64,000 bases of DNA from a virus. Taxonomy: Duplodnaviria > Caudoviricetes. How positions within the stretch are numbered: position 1 is the stretch's first letter; each line of letters opens with the position of its first letter. Below the pieces are notes generated by a model. It saw only the letters and a list, made by a program, of their open reading frames with translations, did not search any database and was not told the DNA's origin. This document shows, piece after piece, positions 46,308 through 55,187 of this stretch. The DNA lies in the IMG/VR virus record IMGVR_UViG_2558860994_000004, positions 1-64,000 of that record. One strand, written 5' to 3'. A program made the translations under genes and the position numbers.

Positions 46308-47197
46308 TGCGGATAACTTTACTGGCCAGCAACCGGAATATTTCCGCCTCTGAATTGTTGAGTTGTACGCAGCGCTTTGACCTGACGCCAATGCCGACCC
46401 ATGTTGAGTTGGTCGTACAGTCCACCGCAGAAATGGATGAGCAGCTTAAAGAAGGCCGTGAAATTCTAGTGGGTGATGTACTGGCACCATACGAACTGAT
46501 TTATGTAGACCCGGTTAAATCCCAGCACATCAAGGAAGGTCGCCGTATTGGTGGTATTCCCTGTATTGCTGCATTAGCGGGTTGTAAACGCTTGATTGAA
46601 GCTAGCACCAAGCCCGTGATTGAAACCCAGACTTCTTTTAATTCTGCGATTCGTGCTTGTGGCGCTAAAACATCGCTGGGTGATGATCTGCCTCTACCGA
46701 AATTTATCTGTTTAAAGGGCACAAGGCCATCAAATCGGCTTGCCATGTATTTGCAGCAAGAAGCGGCAGTGATGTGCTTTAGAAACAATAAAATGGCAGC
46801 AGTCAAAATTGACATGCTGTTAAACCAGAAACCCATGCTAAAGCTAGACCCCAGTGCAGTGCAATGGATAGAAAGCCAGACTCTGGAAAACATGCATAAG
46901 TCGTCGTATGTGTCTATTGATTCTGATGGGGTTACAGTTTTGGGAGAGGATACGACACTTGGGCAGCAGGTGATTCAGCGTGCAGGCCTTGATGCCCGCC
47001 AACTTAAAAACCTAGAAAAAGTCTTAATGCTGCGCGGAGTAATGATCAGGCCATTTAGTCCGACCTGGCGTGCTGGCGACGTGGTTGAGATTAATCGCAA
47101 GAAATATGTGTTTTTAACTGTGGCCCATCATGTTGCGACCGCTGCGTTAGGTGGTGCATCGGCAATGGCTACAAAGGTTTGGCTGGCCAGCCTGTAG
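46307..47197 (+). CDS. Baseplate hub-like protein
   Basis: FDLTPMPTHVE...WRAGDVVEI...TVAHH; position before the spike gene. Confidence 0.55.
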   Translation: MRITLLASNRNISASELLSCTQRFDLTPMPTHVELVVQSTAEMDEQLKEGREILVGDVLAPYELIYVDPVKSQHIKEGRRIGGIPCIAALAGCKRLIEASTKPVIETQTSFNSAIRACGAKTSLGDDLPLPKFICLKGTRPSNRLAMYLQQEAAVMCFRNNKMAAVKIDMLLNQKPMLKLDPSAVQWIESQTLENMHKSSYVSIDSDGVTVLGEDTTLGQQVIQRAGLDARQLKNLEKVLMLRGVMIRPFSPTWRAGDVVEINRKKYVFLTVAHHVATAALGGASAMATKVWLASL

Positions 47198-47204
47198 GAA
47201 CGAT

Positions 47205-47585
47205 ATGAATACCACAAAGATTTTAGGTGAAGCAGTTGGGGTGCAATATCAAGAAATACAAGATCATTCTGAAACTGATGTTGGGTCAATCCTTACCAGT
47301 GCTTTAATCATTGGACGTTTTAAGCGTGGCGAAGTAGGCCGGGCAATGAATATCCATCAAGGCAATATTAGGGGCATGCTGGGTTATGACCCTAAAAATC
47401 TTGATTACATCGCTGTGCAAGATTGCCTTGATGCAGGTGTGTCTAGTGTGATGGTGCTTCGAGTATCTAATTTAGAAAGTATTGAACCCGAAGAATTTAG
47501 TTTTTTAAGAGCAGAACAGTCAGACGAGCTAATCCTGTTTGACGGCGACCTATCACCTATCCTTATTGAAAGCGGAGTTACTTAA
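47205..47585 (+). CDS. Sheath N-terminal-domain-like protein (copy 2) with C-terminal extension
   Basis: MNTTKILGEAVGVQ...IGRFKRGEVGR...IAVQ.CLDAGV, matching 38329-38616. Confidence 0.75.
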   Translation: MNTTKILGEAVGVQYQEIQDHSETDVGSILTSALIIGRFKRGEVGRAMNIHQGNIRGMLGYDPKNLDYIAVQDCLDAGVSSVMVLRVSNLESIEPEEFSFLRAEQSDELILFDGDLSPILIESGVT

Positions 47586-49072
47586 TGGCCAATCAATCCA
47601 TATCCCAGCGGCCAGAAGCCACTACACTCAAAGATAATGACCTCATCCCAATTAGCCAGAAACAACCGAATGGCAGCTATCTGACCTGTAAAGTCACTGC
47701 CGATAAGCTCAAAGGTGCATCATCGTATCAGCAGTGGTTTAACCAGAATACGTCTGAGAATACCTACCTGACAATGCAGAGTATTCAGCAAATCCAGCAG
47801 GTATCAAATTACAATAGTATTAGCAGCTTTATTGCTGCAACTAACCTAAACAGTACTTACAACAATTGGGCGCAGAACAATCTGGAAGTACAGTTAGGCT
47901 ATTTGACTGATAGTGACTTGCTGGAACAGTTCAATACTTTTTTACAAGCCGACAGTAGCCGGACGTTTAATGATTTTCTCGTTAATCAAAACCTGTCTGC
48001 GAGCTTTAACTCATGGCTTACTGCAAACCAGTCTGATTTGTTTGCTTCATTTGCCCAGAATACAGAAGCCCTTGCTGCTTACACCAGCTATCTTCAAACC
48101 CATGCTCAAGCAACGATACAGCAGTTTTTAAGCAATATCGGTGCGCAGGACGGGTTTAATAACTGGCTAGAGGCGCGTGTTGATAAACTCACCGAAGACG
48201 CATTTAACCGCATGATGGAAGGTAAAACCAGTAAGCCCGTTCCTGCATCCAAGTTTGAAAAGTTCTGGATCAGCCTGTGCGGTATATACCAGCCATCTAG
48301 TCCGCCTGCACCCAGTGATTTATTGGTCAATGCAATTGCACTGCCCACTGATATTTTCTTTGATCGGAATGAAAAGCATCAGGTTTCTCCGATTGATGAA
48401 AATATCCCTAATTTCATGCTAACCAGTAGTACTGGTTTCTGGATCAGGGATGCAGGCCATTACACTGAAGATGGTATTCATACAGAAGAACCTATAGAGC
48501 TGACTGTTACCCCGAATGGTGACTTTGCTCCTTTTAATTGGCTTGATGCTGGCCAGCGCTTATATGTTAAAGCTGGAAGTACCCTTGAAGTTGGTTGGGC
48601 TGATACACCTGCTGCTATGGCATTAAAGACTGTGACGCTGGTTGCCAAGAAGAAAGTAGAAGTAGAGTCAGATACAGCAGTCGTGAAGTTATCGGGCTGG
48701 TTTAAGATTTATGACAGCGTCAAGGGCTGGGTGCTGATGTCAACAGCGAGTGGCGCTCTGCCTGCCATATTGAGTCTGGGTGATGTTGCATTCTTTAGTG
48801 ATAAGTTTTTATTTCAGGATTCGATGCTATCTAACTTCTTTTATAACGACTTTTCAGCCGTTGCTACAGATTATGACCCGATATTCTATCAGCATGGCAC
48901 TGTCACTATTAAGAATATGTCAGGAATTGATCGTGTGTTGACACTCGTTCCTTATAACCAGGGTACTACCTATATCAGTTCAGTCGATGAAAACCCGAAT
49001 GACCTGCCATCTAATATACAGATTAATGGTGGGGTTATTGCCATTAATCTAACCGCCAATCAGGATGCCTAA
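47585..49072 (+). CDS. Putative appendage/fibre protein
   Basis: MANQSISQRPEATTLKDNDLIPISQ attachment-type N-terminus; N/Q-rich helical repeats. Confidence 0.6.
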   Translation: MANQSISQRPEATTLKDNDLIPISQKQPNGSYLTCKVTADKLKGASSYQQWFNQNTSENTYLTMQSIQQIQQVSNYNSISSFIAATNLNSTYNNWAQNNLEVQLGYLTDSDLLEQFNTFLQADSSRTFNDFLVNQNLSASFNSWLTANQSDLFASFAQNTEALAAYTSYLQTHAQATIQQFLSNIGAQDGFNNWLEARVDKLTEDAFNRMMEGKTSKPVPASKFEKFWISLCGIYQPSSPPAPSDLLVNAIALPTDIFFDRNEKHQVSPIDENIPNFMLTSSTGFWIRDAGHYTEDGIHTEEPIELTVTPNGDFAPFNWLDAGQRLYVKAGSTLEVGWADTPAAMALKTVTLVAKKKVEVESDTAVVKLSGWFKIYDSVKGWVLMSTASGALPAILSLGDVAFFSDKFLFQDSMLSNFFYNDFSAVATDYDPIFYQHGTVTIKNMSGIDRVLTLVPYNQGTTYISSVDENPNDLPSNIQINGGVIAINLTANQDA

Positions 49073-49979
49073 TATGTTCCTAATCACAACAGTATTAAGG
49101 CCCAAGCCAAAGCAGGTGATGATTGGCTGCGAGGGTGCAATAGAACTTGTGCATTTGGGCGGGTTTTATGGTTGCTGGACAGTTCTGATTAATGGCGTAC
49201 CTTTAGATGTTCCACCTTACGAGGTAGGTAATGGTACGACGATTGAAAACTGGTGGAGTGAGATAATTCAGGCAATCCGGGAAGATGGCAGGGTATCAAT
49301 TAAGTATGTTGGGGAATTACATACGATCTGGAGCAATAACACGACTGAGTATGTGCGTATAGAGCTGATTGGTTTACCAAACCCTGATTCTCCGAATTTA
49401 TCAGCCATCAATGATTATCCTGATGTTTCACCAGATGAATTAAACCCGACACGGTTACTTGAAAATCCGGTGGAAAATTTTCCAGAATCATTTAGTAAGG
49501 TTTCATTCTGCCTTGCCCCTTCGACCTGTGCTGCGCAGGGTGCAGATATCATCATTAACCGTTCTATTCCATTGCCTGCTGGAACGTATTACATGGAATA
49601 CCAGCTGAACGAGGGTAACTGGCAGCGTATTGAAAAGACTTATTCAGTGCAAAAACATGCTGATGATGTAGGTATGGATTTATTTAGAATCTTTGATGAA
49701 TCCGGCTGGGCATTAATTGATACAAATGGCGGTGGTAATGGCACACTTGATGAAGATGGTCTACGTCGTCACCCGACACCTTTTGAATCATACCGGGCGA
49801 GGGCTGAAATCAGGGATGCACCGTTAGTTCCTGATATTCAGCCTGAACTGGCAATTCGTAAACCAACAACATTGAAGTTTAGAACGTCACTGGGTACAGG
49901 TACTGATGCGGTGCAACTGTATTTCGGTGGTGATGTCGAGCTGCATGCGTGTACGTATGCATTCTGGCCCGGTCTTTAA
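49065..49979 (+). CDS. Putative virion accessory protein
   Basis: Coupled to the previous ORF. Confidence 0.6.
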   Translation: MPNMFLITTVLRPKPKQVMIGCEGAIELVHLGGFYGCWTVLINGVPLDVPPYEVGNGTTIENWWSEIIQAIREDGRVSIKYVGELHTIWSNNTTEYVRIELIGLPNPDSPNLSAINDYPDVSPDELNPTRLLENPVENFPESFSKVSFCLAPSTCAAQGADIIINRSIPLPAGTYYMEYQLNEGNWQRIEKTYSVQKHADDVGMDLFRIFDESGWALIDTNGGGNGTLDEDGLRRHPTPFESYRARAEIRDAPLVPDIQPELAIRKPTTLKFRTSLGTGTDAVQLYFGGDVELHACTYAFWPGL

Positions 49980-49996
49980 TTTAATTCTTTATCCAG

Positions 49997-50010
49997 CCGC
50001 CTTCGGGCGG
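49997..50010. other. C(UUCG)G tetraloop hairpin
   Basis: CCGCC-TTCG-GGCGG in an intergenic gap. Confidence 0.55.
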
Positions 50011-50029
50011 TAAATCTTAGGACAACAAA

Positions 50030-50542
50030 ATGTTTGGTTTTCCCCGCGCTAAAATCCTGAGCTATAACCAGAAGGCCCGGACAGCCCAGATTCATATTTA
50101 TGGTATGACAGATGGGGCCAGTGAAGGTTTAGAAGCCACATTTGCTTATCCGGTTGGTGATGACGACCTTGATACCGAACGCGAAATATTGGTCGGTGCA
50201 GACGTGTATATCTTCTTTCAAAATGGTGATGAAGGCTTACCAGTGGTCTGGAGCTACAGCAGTCACGGTGAGGGAGCCGTTGAAGATGTGCGCCGGATCC
50301 GGCAGAAAAATATTGAAATTCTTGGGCGTGAAAATGTACTGGTTGAAGCCCCTATAGTAACAATTAAGGCCCATCTCGTGCTTGAGGGTGATTTTACTCA
50401 CACAGGCGACCAGACGACAACGGGCAAGATCACAGCCACAGAAGATGTGATAGGTGGCGAAGTATCTCTTAAATCCCATCCTCATAGTGGAGTCAGACGT
50501 GGGTCTGAACAAACTGACCCACCCATGCCTACTGGAACCTAG
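50030..50542 (+). CDS. Baseplate spike (gpV-like)
   Basis: OB-fold start; GDFTHTGDQTTTGKITATEDVIGGEVSLKSHPHSGV tip with HxH. Confidence 0.85.
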   Translation: MFGFPRAKILSYNQKARTAQIHIYGMTDGASEGLEATFAYPVGDDDLDTEREILVGADVYIFFQNGDEGLPVVWSYSSHGEGAVEDVRRIRQKNIEILGRENVLVEAPIVTIKAHLVLEGDFTHTGDQTTTGKITATEDVIGGEVSLKSHPHSGVRRGSEQTDPPMPTGT

Positions 50543-50573
50543 CCCATTTCCATAAAATCCATTCAGCCAAAAT
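50533..50573 (+). promoter_or_regulatory. GGAAC-box late promoter candidate (portal)
   Basis: TGGAACCTAGC-...-CAAAAT, 29-nt spacer. Confidence 0.65.
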
Positions 50574-50593
50574 AAGCCTTAAATTGGTGAATT

Positions 50594-52228
50594 TTGGCAA
50601 CAAGAATGGCAGTTTCAGATGTTTTAGCAATCTTGCTCGGTGCAGGCTCCGCTGCTTCAGCACCGTCGCCTATCGTCGGGGCAGCTCAAGAAAGTATGGC
50701 GCATATGTATGACGCCGCTGCGCCATTTTCGCTAGGCACCCATCAAACCAAAAATAATAAGAAACGTACCCGCAAGGAAATCATGACCAAATGGGAGCAA
50801 ATGCTTAAGTTTGCCCCTATTGCTGAAAGTATGGGAATCCATAGCACCGCTGCACTGGGTGGTGATGAGCACACCAGCCAGCAAGTATTCATTAAGCCTG
50901 CTGAACGCCTGCAAAAAGCCGACAACCCTGTTTTAAAAGCACAGCTTGCCAAACTTGAAAAACGTATCAAGCCGATGGAGCGGCTGATCAATCAGCATAT
51001 TCTTAAACTGTGTTTTGATGCCTGCGGCTTTGGCGATTCCTATGCCCGTGTATATGGGAAAAAAGGCATTGGCGTCGTGGATATGATGTGTAACGAATAC
51101 ACCTATCCACCGCTGGTTTTACCGTTTGAGCAGGGTAGTAAAACGCTGGTCTATCATTTGTTGGACGCCCGAAACTGGACGAATACCAGTTCAAAATTAG
51201 GGGCGCGACAAATGATCCGCATGAAAATGCCGCGGATTCTGCACGTTCCCCAGCATGAAATCATTGAAGGCGTGCTTGTTGCCAAGATGATGGAAGAGGA
51301 CGACCCGGACAATTTGCCGCTTTTCCCAGCGCATGTGGGTGGCTCATTTTTAATTGCCATTGAAGAAATTTTTGACAATGTGATTCGTGCGCTAGCGGCA
51401 ATGAATACACAGCAGGTTGCTGATGCAGTCAACCAGATGTTTTTAACCATGAACATGGCCGGTATGCCACCGGCACAGCGTGAAGCCTACAAGCAAGGGC
51501 TTGAAGGCATGTTACGTGAGCATGAACAGTTTGTTAAGAATGCATTAGATGGCGGCGAAGCACTTTACACCACGAAATACCACGTATTGCCAACATGGGA
51601 TGAAAAGCAAATTTTAAACCCGATTGGCGATATCAAGGGCCAGCGTAGTACAGCCATTAATATTGAAACTTTTATGATTGACGTACGCTTGCTTATGGGG
51701 GGCCTTGGTCTGGACCCGTCCATGGTAGGCTGGGCTGATATGTTATCCGGTGGAATAGGTGATGGTTCCGCGTCCCTGACGTATTCAAGCCAGGTGATGC
51801 GCCGTTCCATGATGATACGGCAGTCCTCAAGCCAAATGGTTAATGACTTGCTTAAAATTGACTGGGGCTATGCCTATAACGAAGATTTTGACAATGAACT
51901 GGATTATCCATGGCAAGTGGTCTTTCATTCTGATCAGACTGCAGCAGCCAATGAAATCCAGACGACCAAGCAAACCCGCATGAATACATTGCTGATTAAG
52001 ACGCAGGTCATTACCGCGATTAAAGACGCAGGGCTTAATGAAGAAAATACCGCACTACTGTTAGAGCGTGACGGGGGGATGGATTACGACGAAGCCCAGA
52101 ATCTGGCTAAAGATATTACCAGCGCCCGGGAAAAAGCCTTAGAGGATGGCCAAAATCCCAATGGCAATCCACAGGATGACAACTTAAATCCTGAACCAGA
52201 AAATGACGACGAAGAGGACGGCATTTAA
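50594..52228 (+). CDS. Portal protein (P1 Prt-like)
   Basis: 544 aa; FGDSYARVYG..GIGV...YTYPP.V.PFEQG...LGLDPSMVG.ADMLSGG.G; acidic tail. Confidence 0.75.
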   Translation: MATRMAVSDVLAILLGAGSAASAPSPIVGAAQESMAHMYDAAAPFSLGTHQTKNNKKRTRKEIMTKWEQMLKFAPIAESMGIHSTAALGGDEHTSQQVFIKPAERLQKADNPVLKAQLAKLEKRIKPMERLINQHILKLCFDACGFGDSYARVYGKKGIGVVDMMCNEYTYPPLVLPFEQGSKTLVYHLLDARNWTNTSSKLGARQMIRMKMPRILHVPQHEIIEGVLVAKMMEEDDPDNLPLFPAHVGGSFLIAIEEIFDNVIRALAAMNTQQVADAVNQMFLTMNMAGMPPAQREAYKQGLEGMLREHEQFVKNALDGGEALYTTKYHVLPTWDEKQILNPIGDIKGQRSTAINIETFMIDVRLLMGGLGLDPSMVGWADMLSGGIGDGSASLTYSSQVMRRSMMIRQSSSQMVNDLLKIDWGYAYNEDFDNELDYPWQVVFHSDQTAAANEIQTTKQTRMNTLLIKTQVITAIKDAGLNEENTALLLERDGGMDYDEAQNLAKDITSAREKALEDGQNPNGNPQDDNLNPEPENDDEEDGI

Positions 52229-52806
52229 TGGCTGATCAATATGGGGTTTGGTCTGGCATGCCGATTGAAGAGGCCATCGGCTACTATGAGTCGTTGTATG
52301 CCATTGGTACGCTATCGGCCATTCATTATGGGGTAGAGTTGCGGCCCTTTGATGAAAACGGAAAAATCGCCAAAAGCCCAGATGTGACCCTGTTTAATAA
52401 CTTTTGGTTGCCGTGGCTGGCCACCAGTATTGATTTATCGGTACTGGATGCACAAAGTGATAGTGCCAAGGTCGGTCACTACCAGTTGAACTATCTCACT
52501 GGCAATGGTTCTGGTGAAATTTCCATACCGTTCATTGAAACCCGCGCTGCTGATATTTTAAATAGTGCCAAAGCCATTAAAAAAATCGTGTTTCCCAAAG
52601 ATGGTACTCAGGCGGTACCCGGTGATTACCTGATGCTGATGAAAATCTTTATCTATGACAAGCACAGCCGGTCAACACGGGTTTTTGAGGTTGATCACTT
52701 AGTTGCCTTGCAAGCCGGTAGTGTGCCTCTGGATGCCTCTAATGTGAATGGCGTGGCAACAGTCCAGCTTAACTTCTTAAAGATGTTTCCCATGCTGGTT
52801 GATTGA
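52228..52806 (+). CDS. Tube-fold baseplate/tail initiator-like protein
   Basis: IDLSVLDAQSD.AKVG...GEISIPFIET...VQLNF. Confidence 0.5.
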   Translation: MADQYGVWSGMPIEEAIGYYESLYAIGTLSAIHYGVELRPFDENGKIAKSPDVTLFNNFWLPWLATSIDLSVLDAQSDSAKVGHYQLNYLTGNGSGEISIPFIETRAADILNSAKAIKKIVFPKDGTQAVPGDYLMLMKIFIYDKHSRSTRVFEVDHLVALQAGSVPLDASNVNGVATVQLNFLKMFPMLVD

Positions 52807-52807
52807 C

Positions 52808-52848
52808 TGGAACCTGCCAGAAACCCATCATTTTTAGCCTGACACAAT
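52808..52848 (+). promoter_or_regulatory. GGAAC-box late promoter candidate (darA operon)
   Basis: TGGAACCTGCC-...-CACAAT, 29-nt spacer. Confidence 0.7.
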
Positions 52849-52879
52849 AAGCCCAGTATTAAAAATAGTGGGCTTTTTT
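52849..52879 (+). terminator. Terminator-like hairpin overlapping the promoter start region
   Basis: AAGCCCAGTATT-AAA-AATAGTGGGCTT followed by a T-run, just before ATG 52881. Confidence 0.6.
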
Positions 52880-52880
52880 C

Positions 52881-54830
52881 ATGCGCCGGAATATCGATAT
52901 TTTCACCCAGACTCATGCACCGCATTCCAGCCGGTTTGTGGCAGGTTTTGATTCCATTAACAGCGGGTCCTGTGCAGTAGGTTTTATTGCTGGCCAATAT
53001 CGCCGTATCCCGGCGCTTGTGGCTGAAACAGCGACCGATGATGACCAATGGCGAGTTGTTAATCTAAAAGGCGGTAAGGGCAATGAAGCGCATTTTGATG
53101 CGATTGCGGTACTGGGCGCGGTAGATGATCAACAGGCAGCTGATATGACGTTAATGCAGTTTGGCCGCCTATTTGATTCTGTGGCTATGGATGTGCTGAC
53201 AACCAATACCAATGGCCTAATGCGCCATTTAGATACCAGCCACTACCACGCTAAACCCAGCACCATTGCCCCATGGCAACTTAAGGCCATGCAGGACGTG
53301 ATTTGTGCTGAAAAACCTATGTGGGATGACATCAATCTGGTATCCCATAAAGGCCAAACCGCCAATTTGCTGCTGGATATGCAACGCCATGATGACCACG
53401 ATGGGTTGTTATCCCAGTTTGACGGATTGCCAAATTTGCTTGAGCAGCTTGGCGTTGAAGAGCCGGGCTTTGATGCGCTCATTGTGCAGTATCAATATCT
53501 TGAAAAGCTGACCGCACAATTGCATACCGCTATGAAAAATGCGGGCAAGGCTGGTGTGCAAGTGGTGAATGTCACCGTTAGCAAGCCATTCAAGCGTAAC
53601 AAAGTGGCGCAAGTTGCGGTGACTTACGATATGGCAGACGGCCAGAGCGTCACGATTCTCTTTCACAACCCTGACAGCACACCGTCCAAACTGGCGCCAG
53701 CTGATACGCTCATTTCATGGAAAATCCAGATGAATAACCGTGATATTACTGGCGCTATTCAACCGAACCAGGGTGAAGGTATTGCCTTACCAGTGCTGGC
53801 TGGCCGTATTCTAAAACTGGTCAATCAGAATAGTGACCGGTTTAAGCGCTACCAGGTTAAAAAAACAGAGCAGGCGCAGGCTTTGGCGGATGCCGAACAG
53901 CGTATCACTGATAAAACCGCCCTCGATAAAGCGCTGGACGACGAAATGACTGATTTACAGCAACAGATTGATGCAGCCCATGAGCAGGCCAAGCAACAGC
54001 AGGAACTGGCTCAGCAAAATAGCGAAGTTCTTAAGGGGCTTATGGCTGATATTGCAGCAACTGCTGATCTGGGTGAAGCCACTACCAAAAATTACTTCTT
54101 TAAAGAAAAAGAGGTGGATGGCACCAAGTTTCATTTGTCAGTAGACCCATTTGGTGATGGCCTGACGGTTTGTTTATCAATCATGCCTGCCACTGGCGGC
54201 GAGCAGACAGAAGAACAGGCCTTTACGCTAGAACAACTGCAAAACGGTGGTTTTGAGGAAGCTAAGGCCTATCTAAAAACACTGGATGAAAAGTTTAATC
54301 AGGCCGTGGTTGAGGATGATTCGATTCCTGCTGAAGATATTCAGTTTGTGAGAGATATCGAGGCAGGCACGGTAGACGGTCTGGCCGAAGATAATTTCAA
54401 GCGCTTATATGGTATTGCTCAGGAAACCAAAAACAATGGGGATGAGGAAACCGAAGGCGCAGCAGTTAGTGCTGCAACGGTGATGGCCGAGAAACTTAAA
54501 CCTGTTGCAACTGAAAAAGGTATCTCGCTTGAGCGCCTAAATACCGCGATTGATGATGAAGATGTACTGGAAATCCTAGATTCCATTGAAGCCTTGCAAG
54601 CTGCCCTTAATGCAGCACCTGAACCTGAGCCTGAACCAGCTGCTAACCCGGATCAGGAGTTTCTGCAAAACATCATTGCAGGCACTGTGGACGCCACAAC
54701 TGTTGATATGGATCACATCATAGAACTGGGCGAGAAGTACCCAGACGATGCAGCATTCAATGCATTGTATGAGCAGGCTCTCAATGCGATTAACAAGGCT
54801 GAGCAAGAAGCCGCCAAGAGTTTGGGTTAA
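52881..54830 (+). CDS. darA: Defence-against-restriction protein A
   Basis: DarA_N-type domain (ADGQSVTILFHNPDSTP...ISWK..MN.RDIT...P.QG) and two DarA_C-like repeats (FVRDIEAGTVD, FLQNIIAGTVD). Confidence 0.8.
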   Translation: MRRNIDIFTQTHAPHSSRFVAGFDSINSGSCAVGFIAGQYRRIPALVAETATDDDQWRVVNLKGGKGNEAHFDAIAVLGAVDDQQAADMTLMQFGRLFDSVAMDVLTTNTNGLMRHLDTSHYHAKPSTIAPWQLKAMQDVICAEKPMWDDINLVSHKGQTANLLLDMQRHDDHDGLLSQFDGLPNLLEQLGVEEPGFDALIVQYQYLEKLTAQLHTAMKNAGKAGVQVVNVTVSKPFKRNKVAQVAVTYDMADGQSVTILFHNPDSTPSKLAPADTLISWKIQMNNRDITGAIQPNQGEGIALPVLAGRILKLVNQNSDRFKRYQVKKTEQAQALADAEQRITDKTALDKALDDEMTDLQQQIDAAHEQAKQQQELAQQNSEVLKGLMADIAATADLGEATTKNYFFKEKEVDGTKFHLSVDPFGDGLTVCLSIMPATGGEQTEEQAFTLEQLQNGGFEEAKAYLKTLDEKFNQAVVEDDSIPAEDIQFVRDIEAGTVDGLAEDNFKRLYGIAQETKNNGDEETEGAAVSAATVMAEKLKPVATEKGISLERLNTAIDDEDVLEILDSIEALQAALNAAPEPEPEPAANPDQEFLQNIIAGTVDATTVDMDHIIELGEKYPDDAAFNALYEQALNAINKAEQEAAKSLG

Positions 54831-54842
54831 GGGGGTAAAACG

Positions 54843-55187
54843 ATGTTGACTGCATTAGAAAAAGCCAAAGCCCTTAAAGAGTTTAGAGAATTGCGCCTTA
54901 AACTGGCTGGTGATGGATTAACCGCGCTGGACAAGGCCAAATCGTTAAAGCGCTTTCGTGAATTGCGTTTGTTGCTGGGTGGACAGAATCAACCAGAAGC
55001 ACAGGAACCCGCCAATAATCCGCTGTACCAGTCCATTCTGGAAGGCCGGGAAGTCACACTAGAATTGCTGGAGCAGGTCAAGGCAGAGGCCGAAAAAGAC
55101 TTGAACCATCCACAGCTGATTCCCGCTGTTCTTAAACTTAAAGAGCAGGTTGAACCATTACAGGTGCATCAGAGTGAGGCGGCTTAA
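54843..55187 (+). CDS. Small dar-operon protein with tandem N-terminal repeat
   Basis: LTALEKAKALKEFRELRLKL / LTALDKAKSLKRFRELRLLL, then NPLYQSILEG. Confidence 0.7.
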   Translation: MLTALEKAKALKEFRELRLKLAGDGLTALDKAKSLKRFRELRLLLGGQNQPEAQEPANNPLYQSILEGREVTLELLEQVKAEAEKDLNHPQLIPAVLKLKEQVEPLQVHQSEAA

